Shown here one piece after another: positions 1 through 10,500 of a DNA stretch of 30,682 nucleotides. Source of the stretch: a virus. Lineage: Duplodnaviria; Heunggongvirae; Uroviricota; Caudoviricetes. Positions within the stretch are counted from its first letter, which is position 1; each line of letters opens with the position of its first letter. The stretch lies in the IMG/VR virus record IMGVR_UViG_2526164662_000036, one strand, 5' to 3'. A program made the translations under genes and the position numbers. The notes beneath the pieces were generated by a model that saw nothing but the letters and a program-made list of their open reading frames with translations, was not told the DNA's origin and did not search any database.

Positions 1-1284
1 TTACAGACTTCTGGAAGGTTGCGCAGCTCTTACAACACGCGGTTGATCTTCCGCAGCGTCTTCCAGCGCACTTAAATCACGGTCTTTCACCTCTGGCATT
101 TTCAGCGCAGAGATTAAACCAATTACTGAATATGCCATGATCATAATGGCGATCGGATACCAGGATTCCGTCATGGTGCAGAAAATACCCGCCAGGATAG
201 GACCAAAACCGGAAGCGATAAGACCACCAATTTCTTTAGAAATAGCCATCCGGGTAAAGCGGTTTTTACAGCCGAACATTTCTGCCATGGTAATGTTTTC
301 CAGAGCAAATAATCCCAGCACCGCACAGTTATGAATCACAATCAGTGCAACCATAATGGTGCTCGGGGCATAGCTTTTATCTACAATGATAGAAAGCATT
401 GGCCATGCCAGCACAATCGCGGAGGTATTCATAATAATATACGGGATCCGGCGACCAATTTTATCGGATAACCAACCAAGGAACGGAATGGTCATAAAGC
501 CGAGAATCGAACTAATCATCAATGCATCTGTTGGAATTGCTTTGTTAAACAATAACGTCTGCACTAAATAGCCTGCAAGGAAAGTCTGAATTAACCCGGA
601 GTTACCCGCCTGACCAAAACGCAGCCCTGTTGCCAGCCAGAAGGATTTGCTCTGGAACATGCTACCAGCAGGTGCAGGTTTTGCTGTGGGTTGGTTGCTG
701 TCGTTAACCTTCTCAAAGACCGGGCTTTCTTTCAGATTCATACGCAACCAGATAGCAAAGACCATCACGACAACGCTCGCCAGGAACGGTATACGCCATC
801 CCCACGCAAGCAGTTCCTCTTTACTGAGAATGAAGAACATAAAGGCCCAGATTGCCGTTGCGCTCAAGGTTCCGCAGTTAGTTCCCATAGCTACAAATGA
901 GGAGATAATTCCGCGCTTACCTTTTGGCGCATATTCCGCCAGCATCGTACCGGCACCGGAAATTTCCGCACCTGCACCCAACCCCTGAATAATACGCAGC
1001 GTCACCAGCAAGATGGGGGCAAAAACACCAATCTGTGCATAGGTCGGTAACACACCAATTAAGGTGGTACAGATCCCCATCATGGTGATGGTAATAAAGA
1101 GCACTTTTTTACGCCCTATTCTGTCGCCCATTTTGCCGAAAATAAATGCTCCGACAATACGCGCCACATAACCTGCACCGTAGGTTCCCATTGCCAAAAT
1201 TAACGCCATTGCCGTTGATGATTCAGGAAAAAATATTTCATGAAACACTAACGCTGCGCCGAGCGAATATAACTGGAAATCCAT
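1..1284 (-). CDS. ydfJ: MFS transporter (metabolite:H+ symporter family), YdfJ-like; apparently lacks the N-terminal ~25-40 residues and part of TM1
   Basis: 427-aa ORF, hydrophobic throughout, MFS motif GKMGDRIGRKK between predicted TM2 and TM3; compared with ProP/KgtP-type paralogs the ORF starts inside the conserved EWFDFxVYG segment of TM1, and an in-frame stop lies 2 codons upstream of the ATG. Confidence 0.75.
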   Translation of the reverse strand: MDFQLYSLGAALVFHEIFFPESSTAMALILAMGTYGAGYVARIVGAFIFGKMGDRIGRKKVLFITITMMGICTTLIGVLPTYAQIGVFAPILLVTLRIIQGLGAGAEISGAGTMLAEYAPKGKRGIISSFVAMGTNCGTLSATAIWAFMFFILSKEELLAWGWRIPFLASVVVMVFAIWLRMNLKESPVFEKVNDSNQPTAKPAPAGSMFQSKSFWLATGLRFGQAGNSGLIQTFLAGYLVQTLLFNKAIPTDALMISSILGFMTIPFLGWLSDKIGRRIPYIIMNTSAIVLAWPMLSIIVDKSYAPSTIMVALIVIHNCAVLGLFALENITMAEMFGCKNRFTRMAISKEIGGLIASGFGPILAGIFCTMTESWYPIAIMIMAYSVIGLISALKMPEVKDRDLSALEDAAEDQPRVVRAAQPSRSL

Positions 1285-1876
1285 AATTCACAGGTGTTTT
1301 TTCCCATCCTGTGGTTTCCTTGGCGTTTTCTAGGTTTTTTCAGATAGTTGCATTTTTTAAAAAGCATCCTAAGTTCGATCTCAGTGTCTATCTGGGGCCT
1401 ATTCCTGTCCCATATATGCCCCAAAAAACTCCCCAACAGATAAGTAGTTTTTTCATGGATTTACGCGTAAAATCAATAACGGCTGGAAATCATTCAATAC
1501 TCGCACTATCGAAAAATTTACCAGCCAACCGCAGCACGTTCTTGCATAAGGCGTGTCTGCGGTTTTTCAACTATTCAGATACATCACTCCCATCACATTC
1601 ATTCCTCCGCATCATAGGCTATCACCTTGATATTTTTCTTCTTCAGATAAAAACTGTTATCTATGTATACTTTTAAACCCAATCCGTGTAGAGTCTCTGC
1701 ATAAGATAGTTTGCAGTTGCCGCTTCAGCTTGCGCCATAAACCGCCTGATTTTTGCTGCCACCTGTTAGCATTCCTGTATACCTGAAACGACAATGTTTA
1801 TCTACGAACTTTAAGAACACCCAAGATAAAAATTGTCAACTATATCATATATAACACATTACTAATTCGAGGCTAT

Positions 1877-1990
1877 ATGAACAGCATTCTGATAATCACT
1901 TCTCTCCTTATCATATTCAGCATTTTTAGTCATGCCCTAATAAAATTAGGGATTGGCATATCCAATAACCCAGACAAAACCGATGTATAA
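1877..1990 (+). CDS. candidate small hydrophobic membrane protein (37 aa, [37 protein letters not shown])
   Basis: ATG preceded by GAGG about 5 nt upstream; one predicted TM helix followed by a short polar tail; below the 60-aa cutoff of the ORF track; no homology check possible. Confidence 0.3.
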
Positions 1991-2058
1991 GTCAACATAT
2001 CCTGAATCAGACATACAATATCGCAATGAAAATCAATAATATTTTAAGGAACATCTTC

Positions 2059-2292
2059 ATGAAATCAAAAGACACCCTAAAGTGGTTCCCTGCGCAGCTT
2101 CCTGAAGTAAGAATTATCCTAGGGGATGCTGTAGTGGAAGTAGCAAAACAGGGAAGACCTATCAATACCAGAACATTGCTTGATTACATTGAAGGAAACA
2201 TAAAGAAAAAATCATGGCTGGATAACAAAGAATTATTACAAACAGCGATATCAGTTCTTAAAGACAACCAAAATTTAAATGGTAAAATGTAA
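2059..2292 (+). CDS. ydfK: YdfK/YnaE-family small prophage protein (cold-shock-associated in K-12)
   Basis: ORF 2026..2292; the internal ATG at 2059 has an AGGA Shine-Dalgarno about 8 nt upstream, whereas the 2026 ATG has none; product MKSKDTLKWFPAQLPEVRIILGD... matches my recollection of YdfK/YnaE (77 aa). Confidence 0.55.
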   Translation: MKSKDTLKWFPAQLPEVRIILGDAVVEVAKQGRPINTRTLLDYIEGNIKKKSWLDNKELLQTAISVLKDNQNLNGKM

Positions 2293-2608
2293 TATAATAA
2301 ACTTACTTTTTTATCATTTTTCCACTTTAACAACATTTTGCTCCACTTTTCCACGACCAAACAACTTGAAATCTGGTTAAAATAACACGCAACACTATTC
2401 TTCTTCCTTGAGTCCGCCCGGAACTCGAAAAACAAACCGAGTTAAAGCCATTTTTCACAAAATCGATTTTGGGTCTCACCAAAATTACGGGGTTGCATAC
2501 GCATTCGTTTATTTTCGAACGTGTACATACAAATATGCACAAAAATAATCATAATTATTTTCTGAGATGCATTATGATATGAATACCAATTTCGTATAGA
2601 GTCTCACT

Positions 2609-3199
2609 ATGTCTCGAATTTTTGCTTACTGTCGGATATCAACGCTGGATCAGACCACCGAAAATCAACGCCGGGAAATCGAAAGTGCAGGTTTTAAAAT
2701 CAAACCTCAGCAAATAATCGAAGAACACATTAGCGGCTCAGCAGCAACCAGTGAGCGTCCTGGTTTTAACCGGTTGCTTGCTCGCCTGAAATGTGGTGAT
2801 CAATTGATTGTGACAAAACTGGATCGCCTTGGTTGTAATGCAATGGATATCAGGAAAACAGTGGAACAACTGACCGAAACAGGTATCAGAGTGCATTGCT
2901 TAGCATTGGGGGGCATTGACCTGACCAGTCCAACAGGAAAAATGATGATGCACGTAATTTCAGCAGTCGCTGAATTTGAACGAGACCTTTTACTTGAACG
3001 CACTCATTCCGGGATAGTAAGAGCCCGCGGCGCAGGGAAACGTTTTGGTCGACCACCTGTGTTAAATGAAGAACAGAAACAGGTGGTATTCGAACGAATT
3101 AAGTCAGGTGTAAGTATAAGTGCCATTGCCCGGGAATTCAAAACCTCACGGCAAACCATTTTAAGAGCCAAAGCAAAACTTCAGACACCTGACATATAA
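2609..3199 (+). CDS. pinQ: serine recombinase of the resolvase/invertase family, PinQ/PinR-like (196 aa)
   Basis: N-terminal catalytic motif [10 protein letters not shown] (Ser nucleophile), resolvase core, C-terminal helix-turn-helix ([11 protein letters not shown]); length and sequence fit the PinQ/PinR paralogs of K-12 cryptic prophages. Confidence 0.85.
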   Translation: MSRIFAYCRISTLDQTTENQRREIESAGFKIKPQQIIEEHISGSAATSERPGFNRLLARLKCGDQLIVTKLDRLGCNAMDIRKTVEQLTETGIRVHCLALGGIDLTSPTGKMMMHVISAVAEFERDLLLERTHSGIVRARGAGKRFGRPPVLNEEQKQVVFERIKSGVSISAIAREFKTSRQTILRAKAKLQTPDI

Positions 3200-3296
3200 A
3201 AAATAATCTCGGTGTGAGATGCTTTACGTCTTCCAAGCCCCCTTCCTTGCCGTAAATGGAAAGATACATCTAATTATAGAATTTATATGTTTTACC

Positions 3297-3872
3297 CTAC
3301 GGCAGTGCTGGCCATTCAATATCCTGTGCAGTTGACGTATCAACACGGTTCAGCAACACCCGATACTTTTTCCAGGCTTCCAGCAATGAGGTTTCTTCCT
3401 CCGTTGCGATTTCCAGAGCTACAGCATCCTGAAGTGGCGCAATATGCTCACTGGCTACCTGCATCAGGCTGTTTTTTGTTTCTTCCGCCTCTCGGATCCG
3501 GAACAGTTTTTCTGCTTCTGCATCTTTCACCCAGGCTGTGCCGTTCCACTTCTGAAACTCCCCTTCCGGCGATAACCAGGTAACATTTTCCGGTAACGGA
3601 CCGAGTTCAGAAATAAATAACGCGTCCCCTGACGCTACGTCATAAACCGTTTTACCCCGATGGTCTTCAACGAGATGCCACGATGCCTTATCACTGTTGA
3701 AAACAGCCACAAAGCCAGCAGGAATATCTGGTGGTGCAATATCGGTACTGTTTGCTGGCAGACCTGTATGAGGCGGAATATATGCGTCACCTTCACCAAT
3801 AAATTCATTAGTTCCGGCCAGCAGATTATAAATTTTTATGGTCCGTGGTTGTTCACTCATTCTGAATACCAT
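3297..3872 (-). CDS. tfa: tail fibre assembly protein Tfa
   Basis: 191-aa ORF immediately downstream of stf with ATGA start/stop overlap; sequence resembles lambdoid Tfa chaperones. Confidence 0.8.
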   Translation of the reverse strand: MVFRMSEQPRTIKIYNLLAGTNEFIGEGDAYIPPHTGLPANSTDIAPPDIPAGFVAVFNSDKASWHLVEDHRGKTVYDVASGDALFISELGPLPENVTWLSPEGEFQKWNGTAWVKDAEAEKLFRIREAEETKNSLMQVASEHIAPLQDAVALEIATEEETSLLEAWKKYRVLLNRVDTSTAQDIEWPALP

Positions 3873-6832
3873 TATGCAAGCCTCACAATATAGTTAAATG
3901 CGATGTTTTTGACGGTGTTTTCCGCGTTACCAGCAGCGTTAACGGTGATGGTGTGTCCATGTGAACCAATCGCAACGGAGTGCGTATGAGCACCAATACC
4001 GACAGTATGCGCGTGTGCACCTGCAGATGCTGCTGTGCCGGACAGTGAGTGGCTATGATTACCATCTGTACTGGTATTCGCTAACCACCCCGTAGACATA
4101 CCTACTGAGCCTTGTACACCCCAGGTATTTTGACCTGAGCTTGTATAACCATATTGATAAGTATCTTTAAAAACACTGGGGTTAAATCGACGGCCATCTC
4201 TATGGCTGTGATTACCAGCTGCATTCGTGCTGCCACTTAAACTATGGGTATGCGCACCAGTGTTATTCGTGGATTTAGTGCCGTAATCAAACGACGATGT
4301 GGTTTTCGTCCCCAAATCCGTACTGGATGCGCTGGCGCTGTGGGTATGCGATTTAATGCCGTCCTGTTCCTGAGACAATACGGCCCGACCACTGGCAGGT
4401 TTGCCCTTAATCGTCCAGCCACGCATATCAGGGATCACGCCTGACGGATAAGCCGCTGCAAGTTTCGGGTATGCAGATTTGTCAAAAGCCTGCCCCTGCA
4501 TCAGGGCATAACCAGACGGAACGGTATCTGATGGCCACGGGATTGGTGCGCCAGGCGGATAAAACTGCTCTGATGGCGTATAGAGTGAATAAACTGTACC
4601 GTCCGTTAACCCTTCCGGCTTATTAGCAGAATATGCTGGTGACGTATGAATAGTCACGCTGGCATTACTGGTATAATCCCATTGAATATTTACACCAGTC
4701 GCATAATTTCCGATTGCAACGTAAATATCGTAAGTATCACCAGATGTATTGACCCAGGCAAAATTTGTAAACCCTGTCGATGTGCGCTGCCATAAAGCAC
4801 CAGTAATCCCCTTCGGATTACCATTACCTGCACGCAAAACAAGTTCAGATATACCTGCCTGTTGAGGTGACCCCACGTTAAATCCCGCGCCACCAATCAA
4901 CGTAATTGAAACAACAGAACTCGCCTGTGGCATGGTTACCGTTGCTAATTTGAACCAACCAGCACCACCGCTGAATGACATTGTTGTTGAGTTAAGCGTA
5001 CCAATATCTTTCGGCGTCAGTGTTATATCCGCTGAAAGCGCCTTACCATTCACCTTACGGGCAGAAGGTACCCGACCATTCGCATTATCATTAGCTGCTT
5101 TCACTGCTTTCGGTGTCGCGGCAAGCGTTTCAGATGCGCTGTTGGTTGCACTACTGAGCTGGACAATTCCTTTTTGTGCTGTCGTAGCGTCCTGAGCGGT
5201 ATATTTCCCGTTAGCAAGGTCATAGGCTGCCTTTACCGACTTTGGCGTTGCCGCCAGCATTTCAGATGTGCTGTTGGTCGCGCTGCTGAGCTGAACTATC
5301 CCTTTCTGTGCTGTCGTTGCATCCTGTGCGGTGTATTTCCCGTTAGCCAGGTCATACGCGGCCTTAACGGCTTTTGGCGTTGCCGCCAGTGACTCGGAAG
5401 TGCTGTTAGTCGCACTGCTTAGCTGGACTATCCCCTTTTTCGTCGTGCTCGCATCCTCAAGCGCCACGGCGGATGCAATATCCTCTGCCCGTTTAGCTGC
5501 TGTCTCGGCGCGCGTTGCCGCGGATTCCGCCGTACTTTTGCTCTGAGCTGCCGCCGTCGCACTGCCAGCTGCCTCTGTCGCCTTCGTGGATGCCGTCGTG
5601 GCGCTGCTCTTCGCTGCTGACGCCTGTCTGGTCGCCTCATCTTTTGAAGCAGACGCCGATGATGCCGATGACGCCGCCGAACTGGCTGACGATGCGGCAG
5701 CCGTTTTTGAGGATTCTGCGCTGGTTTCCGACGCTTTCGCGTTCGTTTCGGATGTCTTCGCTGCGGATGCAGACCTCGCTGCTGCGCTGGCCTGTTCCGC
5801 GGCTTCGCCAGCCTTCGTTGTGGCTGTTGAAGCGGACGATGCAGCGCTTTCTGCCGATTTTCCGGCGGCGCTAGCACTGGCTGAGGCCTGCCCCGCACTT
5901 GTTGACGCTGCACTGGCAGACGACGCAGCCGCTGTTTTTGAGTCTGCTGCTGCGGAGGCACTCTGTTCCGCTGCCGTTTCAGAAGACTTAGCGTTCGTCT
6001 CGGACGTTTTTGCCGCCTTCGCGGAATTTCCTGCCGCCGTTGCCGAGGAAGCTGCGCTGCTGGCGCTCGAGGCTGCGTTCGTTTCTGATGATTTTGCCGC
6101 CTCTTTTGAAGCCGACGCATCCCGGGCTGAGGTGGCAGCTTCTGACGCTTTCGTGGTCGCGGTGGATGCAGAAGTGGCTGCTGATTGTTGTGACGCTGCC
6201 GCATTCGTTTCTGACGTTTTCGCCGCACCGGCACTGGTGGCCGCCGCGCTTTTTGAGGACTCTGCAGCGGCAGCACTTTTTGATGCCTCAGAGGCTTTTG
6301 CTGATGCCGTTCCTGCGCTGGAAAAAGCCTCCTGAGCCGACGAAGCGGCCTGTCCGGCTGACGTGCTGGCTGCGCGTGCTGAGCCTGCAGCATCAGTCGC
6401 ATGGGTTGCCGCCTCACGGGCTGATGTGCTGGCATCGCTGGCTGACTTCTTCGCGGCTGCCGTGTTCTGTGCCACCGCGGACGCGTTACGCGCCACCTCT
6501 TCCACCATCAGTTCAAAACGGCGCAGTGCCTCCGGCCGGACGTCATCCTCCGACATGGCACCGAGAAAATCATTCAGCGTACCGGGTTGAGAATCTTCAT
6601 ACACGGTGATGGTCCCGGCATGTGACGGCGGGAAGCCCTCCACCAACAGAATAACGCTGTACTGACCGTACTCAACGTCCATGCTGTAACGCCCGGCTTC
6701 ATCCGGATTTTCTGAGGCCAGCGTGTTCACCACCACCGTGGTACTGTTACGTTTTGCTTTCAGCTGGATTGTGCAGTTCTGTACCGGTTTTCCTGTGCCG
6801 TCTTTCAGTACACCTGAAATCTTTACTGCCAT
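3872..6832 (-). CDS. stf: side tail fibre protein Stf
   Basis: N-terminus [26 protein letters not shown] matches lambda Stf; long Ala/Ser/Thr-rich low-complexity tract; three tandem 44-aa repeats; His-rich C-terminal domain with repeated HxH motifs (GAHTHS, GNHSHS, GSHGHT). The track ORF starts at a GTG at 6838; the ATG at 6832 is the more likely start. Confidence 0.9.
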   Translation of the reverse strand: MAVKISGVLKDGTGKPVQNCTIQLKAKRNSTTVVVNTLASENPDEAGRYSMDVEYGQYSVILLVEGFPPSHAGTITVYEDSQPGTLNDFLGAMSEDDVRPEALRRFELMVEEVARNASAVAQNTAAAKKSASDASTSAREAATHATDAAGSARAASTSAGQAASSAQEAFSSAGTASAKASEASKSAAAAESSKSAAATSAGAAKTSETNAAASQQSAATSASTATTKASEAATSARDASASKEAAKSSETNAASSASSAASSATAAGNSAKAAKTSETNAKSSETAAEQSASAAADSKTAAASSASAASTSAGQASASASAAGKSAESAASSASTATTKAGEAAEQASAAARSASAAKTSETNAKASETSAESSKTAAASSASSAASSASSASASKDEATRQASAAKSSATTASTKATEAAGSATAAAQSKSTAESAATRAETAAKRAEDIASAVALEDASTTKKGIVQLSSATNSTSESLAATPKAVKAAYDLANGKYTAQDATTAQKGIVQLSSATNSTSEMLAATPKSVKAAYDLANGKYTAQDATTAQKGIVQLSSATNSASETLAATPKAVKAANDNANGRVPSARKVNGKALSADITLTPKDIGTLNSTTMSFSGGAGWFKLATVTMPQASSVVSITLIGGAGFNVGSPQQAGISELVLRAGNGNPKGITGALWQRTSTGFTNFAWVNTSGDTYDIYVAIGNYATGVNIQWDYTSNASVTIHTSPAYSANKPEGLTDGTVYSLYTPSEQFYPPGAPIPWPSDTVPSGYALMQGQAFDKSAYPKLAAAYPSGVIPDMRGWTIKGKPASGRAVLSQEQDGIKSHTHSASASSTDLGTKTTSSFDYGTKSTNNTGAHTHSLSGSTNAAGNHSHRDGRRFNPSVFKDTYQYGYTSSGQNTWGVQGSVGMSTGWLANTSTDGNHSHSLSGTAASAGAHAHTVGIGAHTHSVAIGSHGHTITVNAAGNAENTVKNIAFNYIVRLA
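5055..5445 (-). repeat. three tandem 132-bp (44-codon) in-frame repeats inside stf (third copy partial)
   Basis: Near-identical units beginning at about 5156, 5288 and 5420 on the plus strand, encoding [15 protein letters not shown](S/M)LAATPK(A/S)[21 protein letters not shown]. Confidence 0.85.
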
Positions 6833-6842
6833 ATTCACCCCA

Positions 6843-6869
6843 CAAAAAAGCCCGCCTGAACCGGCGGGC
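6843..6869 (-). terminator. rho-independent terminator downstream of lom
   Basis: Perfect 7-bp GC stem GCCCGCC/GGCGGGC (6850-6856 / 6863-6869) followed on the minus strand by a U6 run (plus-strand A6 at 6844-6849). Confidence 0.7.
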
Positions 6870-6896
6870 TGTCATAACACTGTGTTACCTGGCTAA

Positions 6897-7496
6897 TCAG
6901 AATTTATAACCGACACCCACGATGAAACCGTCAGTGCGCCAGTCGCCACTGCCGGAGCCTTCATAAGCAATATCAATGGCCACGGATTCGGTCGGGTTAA
7001 ACTGCACGCCAGCTCCCCACGCCAGAGACGTGTTGCTGTGGCGACCGTCATCACTTCCGGTCAGCACGTCGTGCGTTTTCCCCTTGTTGTCAGTTACGCG
7101 GAGATAATCCCCGGAGAAAGTCGACACACGGCTGTAAGACACACCCGCCATCGCATACGCGCTGAACCATTCATTCACGCGCACAGACGGCCCCGCCATC
7201 ACGCTGAACCAGCGGTTACGCACGGAATCTTCATGCCAGCGGATATCGCTGTAACGGGTAAGCTGGCGATTCTTGTCTCCTGCATAGCTGAATGACGTCA
7301 CCAGCCCCAGTGTGTCCGTAAACTCATAACGGTATTTCACGTTAATCCCGTTCAGATCATCGCTGCCGGGAACGTTCGTCGAGGCATGAAGATACCCCGC
7401 GCTCAGCGTGGACTGATGTTCAGATGCCCATGCAGACGCACCGGATACGGCCAGACAAATAGCTGCGGACAAAATGGCTGCATAAAGTTTACGCAT
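6897..7496 (-). CDS. lom: Lom outer membrane protein (Ail/Lom/PagC family beta-barrel)
   Basis: Signal peptide [25 protein letters not shown]-terminus ...[24 protein letters not shown] is the lambda Lom C-terminus; sits between J and stf as in lambda. Confidence 0.9.
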   Translation of the reverse strand: MRKLYAAILSAAICLAVSGASAWASEHQSTLSAGYLHASTNVPGSDDLNGINVKYRYEFTDTLGLVTSFSYAGDKNRQLTRYSDIRWHEDSVRNRWFSVMAGPSVRVNEWFSAYAMAGVSYSRVSTFSGDYLRVTDNKGKTHDVLTGSDDGRHSNTSLAWGAGVQFNPTESVAIDIAYEGSGSGDWRTDGFIVGVGYKF

Positions 7497-7518
7497 AATT
7501 ACCTCTCGCTTTTCTGCA

Positions 7519-7546
7519 ATAAAAAAGGCGTCATTCCTGACGCCCT
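7519..7546 (-). terminator. rho-independent terminator downstream of J (hairpin could function in both directions)
   Basis: Stem GGCGTCA/TGACGCC with a TTCC loop (7527-7544), flanked by A6 on the plus strand (U-run on the minus strand) and CTTTATT on the other side. Confidence 0.6.
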
Positions 7547-7566
7547 TTATTGGGGTTATAAATATT

Positions 7567-10500
7567 TCAACGAATACTGATACCGGAAGCCGCTTTTTTG
7601 GTCACAATCACCGTACAGTCGGTGATATTCCCTGCCCCCTGATTGCCTTTCTGGAAAATCTTAAACTCCAGAGTGACGCTACCACCACCACTAGGCATAT
7701 CAATAACTGCACTGTAACTACCGGGAATGGCCCCTTTAGTTTCTCTGGATGCGATTAATACACCGTTTTTGCGAACTTCAAAACCATAACCCGTGTATCT
7801 TGTACCTCCCGGGTTATTTCCGCTCCCCGGATCGTCATACGCTATACCGTTAAAAATAATGGGCGGAATAATAATCTGGCGGTCAAAGTTATGATCATCG
7901 CTGATGGTGACTGTAACCGTACCGTCTGGTGTTTCCGTGTTACCCCACGTACCGACTTTTTTCGGGAAGGCTTTTGATACAGCTTTAACGAAATCCCCTC
8001 TGACCTGGGTCGCCTCCAGCATGCCCTTAATCGTACAGTTCTGGTTAATCGTGACATTGTTGAGCGTTCCTGAGTTCGCATTCACACTGCCACTGATATC
8101 CGCATTTTTAGCGGTCAGCTTTCCGTCTGATGTCAGGGAAAATACCGGAGGACTGCCACCACTGGTAATGGTGGGGGCCGTCAGGCGCTTCAGGAACACG
8201 TCGTTCATGAATATCTGATTGCCCTGCGCCACAAACATCGGCGTTTCATTCCCGTTTGCCGGGTCAATAAACGCGATACGGTTAGCGGCAACCAGAAACT
8301 GGCTCAGCTTGCCTTCCTCCGTGTCCTCCATGCTGAGGCCAATACCCGCGACATAATGTTTGCCGTCTTTGGTCTGCTCAATTTTGACGCCCCACATGGC
8401 ATTCCATTTATCGTTAGCGTCCTTCCACTCTTTCGAAAACTCATCCAGTCTGCTGGCGTTATCCTCCGTCAGATCAACTTTTTCCAGCAGCTCCTTGCCG
8501 AGATGGGATTCGGTTATCTTGCCTTTGAAAAAATCCAGGTAACCTTCCGCATCATCGCTCGCCCGACCGACGGCCTCCACGAATGCCGATTTGCCAACGG
8601 TGTTCACACTGCGGATATAAAAGTAATAATCATGGCCCGGTTTGATATTGATACTGGCGGCTATCCAGTACAGCCCCGTGCCAAGGTAGCGGGCTGTGGT
8701 TTCAACCTGCCTGATATCGGTAATCCGCGTTTCCGAGAACCAGAACTCAAACTGTACCGTCGGATCATAAACCGCAAGATGCGGCGTGGCAGTTATCTGA
8801 AAATAGCCCGGCGTCAGCTCAATCCGCGACGGCGCTGCCGGGGCGGCAATCCGGAACGATACCGACGCCGGATCGCCCTGCTGTCCCCGGGCATTTACTG
8901 CCCGGACCGTCAGCGTGTAACGCCCCAGCGCCAGCTGCCTGAAGCGGTAAGTGGTTTCCGTCGTCCGGGCCGTGCTGACCAGCCGCTCACTGCCGTCATC
9001 GGCGGCCACGGTCAGGCGAAGCATAAAGCTCACACCCTTCACTACCTTCGGCGTGTCCCAGCGCGCCAGCACCTGATACTCCCCACTGTCTGCGGTGACT
9101 TCTGCGGTCAGGTGCTGCACCGCTGGCGGCGTGACACCATTCACCGTGCCGCTCTGGTCGCCGTCAAAGTGCGCTCCGTTATCCACGATGGCCTCTTTTT
9201 CCGGCACATGCTGCACGGCAGTGATGGCATACATGCCGTCGTCGTTCTCACGGATACTCACACAGCGGAACAGGCGCTGGCGCAGCGTCGGCAGCTTCAG
9301 CCCCCACACGCTGTATCCGGCAACGCCGTCAGGAACACGGCTCACTTTCACCTTCACGCCGTCGGTGACGGACTGAACCTCCACGCTGACCGGATTGCCA
9401 CTTCCGTCAACCAGGCTTATCAGCGTGGTACCGGAGGATGGCAGCGTGATTTCACGGTCGAGCGTCAGCGTCCGGGTCTGGCTGTTCACCGCCAGCACAC
9501 GCCCGCCGGTGCTGATCCACGCATAGTCATCATCACAGATTTCAATGACATCGCCCGGTACATGGCGAAGCCCTTCTGCGCCCACGCTGAAGTCCACGGT
9601 CTGCGTCTCCAGCAGCTCCGTTTTAATCAGCCACAGCCCGGCGCGGTGTGCCTCGCCCCGACTGGTACAGCCAAAGGCATCCATCTTCGTGACGTTACGA
9701 CCGTAACGGACAATGGCCTGCGTATCCTCCACAAGCTCTGTCGCCGTCTCCCAGCCGTTATTCGGGTCAATCCAGTTCACCTCAACGGCATTATGACGGT
9801 CCTTCAGGGCGCTGAAGCTGTAGCGGAACGGCGCGCCATCATCCGGCATCACCACATTACTGCGGTTATAGGTCCACACCTTATCCGATGGCCGGTCCTG
9901 CACGAACGTCAGCGTCTGCCCGTTCCATACCGGCATACAGCGCATCGCCGAGCAGAAATCACTGAGCACATCCCACGCCTTGCGCTGCGTGGTCAGGTAC
10001 GCATTACAGGTGATACGCGGTTCCGTGCCACCAAAGCCATCCGGCACCGACTGGTCGCAATTCTGGCCGATGACATACAGCGCCCATTTATCCACATCCG
10101 CCGCACCAAGACGTTTCCCCATGCCGTAGCGCGGATGGGTCAGCATATCCCACAGACACCAGGCCATGTTGTTGCTGTATGCCGGTTTTAACGTTCCGTC
10201 CCAGATACCGCTGTATTGTCGCGTCTGCGGGTTATAGTTCGACGGCACCTGCAGAATGCGCCCGCGAAGATGATAATTACGACTCACCTGCTGGCTGCCG
10301 AACTGCTCCGAATCCACCTGTACGCCGACCAGTGCCGTGTTCGGGTAGCACTGTTTCACATCGATGATTTCGGTGTATGACGACCAGAGCGTTTTGTTCT
10401 GCAGCTGGTCTGTGGTGCTGTCCGGCGTCATCCTGCGCATCCGGATATTAAACGGGCGCGGCGGCAGGTTATCCACCACCACCGAGGCCAGATACTGCGA

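Noticed and set aside
2026-2058. Upstream ATG giving an 88-aa version of the ydfK-like protein
   Set aside because: No Shine-Dalgarno before the 2026 ATG, whereas the 2059 ATG has AGGA at good spacing; the shorter 77-aa product is the more plausible one.
3200-3296. Looked for a Hin/Gin/Cin-type 26-bp crossover site between the recombinase and tfa
   Set aside because: No sequence with the AAACC-NN-GGTTT core or convincing dyad symmetry seen by eye; an exhaustive computational search was not possible.
5428-6435. 335-aa extremely Arg/Pro/Gln-rich minus-strand ORF, plus the 249-aa (5586..6335) and 199-aa (6010..6609) plus-strand ORFs
   Set aside because: Alternative-frame or antisense products of the Ala/Ser/Thr-rich low-complexity region of stf; they are artefacts of the repetitive GC-rich codons.
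8356-10191. 611-aa plus-strand ORF antisense to J
   Set aside because: Lies entirely within the confidently identified J gene on the opposite strand; Arg/His/Pro-rich composition typical of antisense read-through of a GC-rich gene; no start context.
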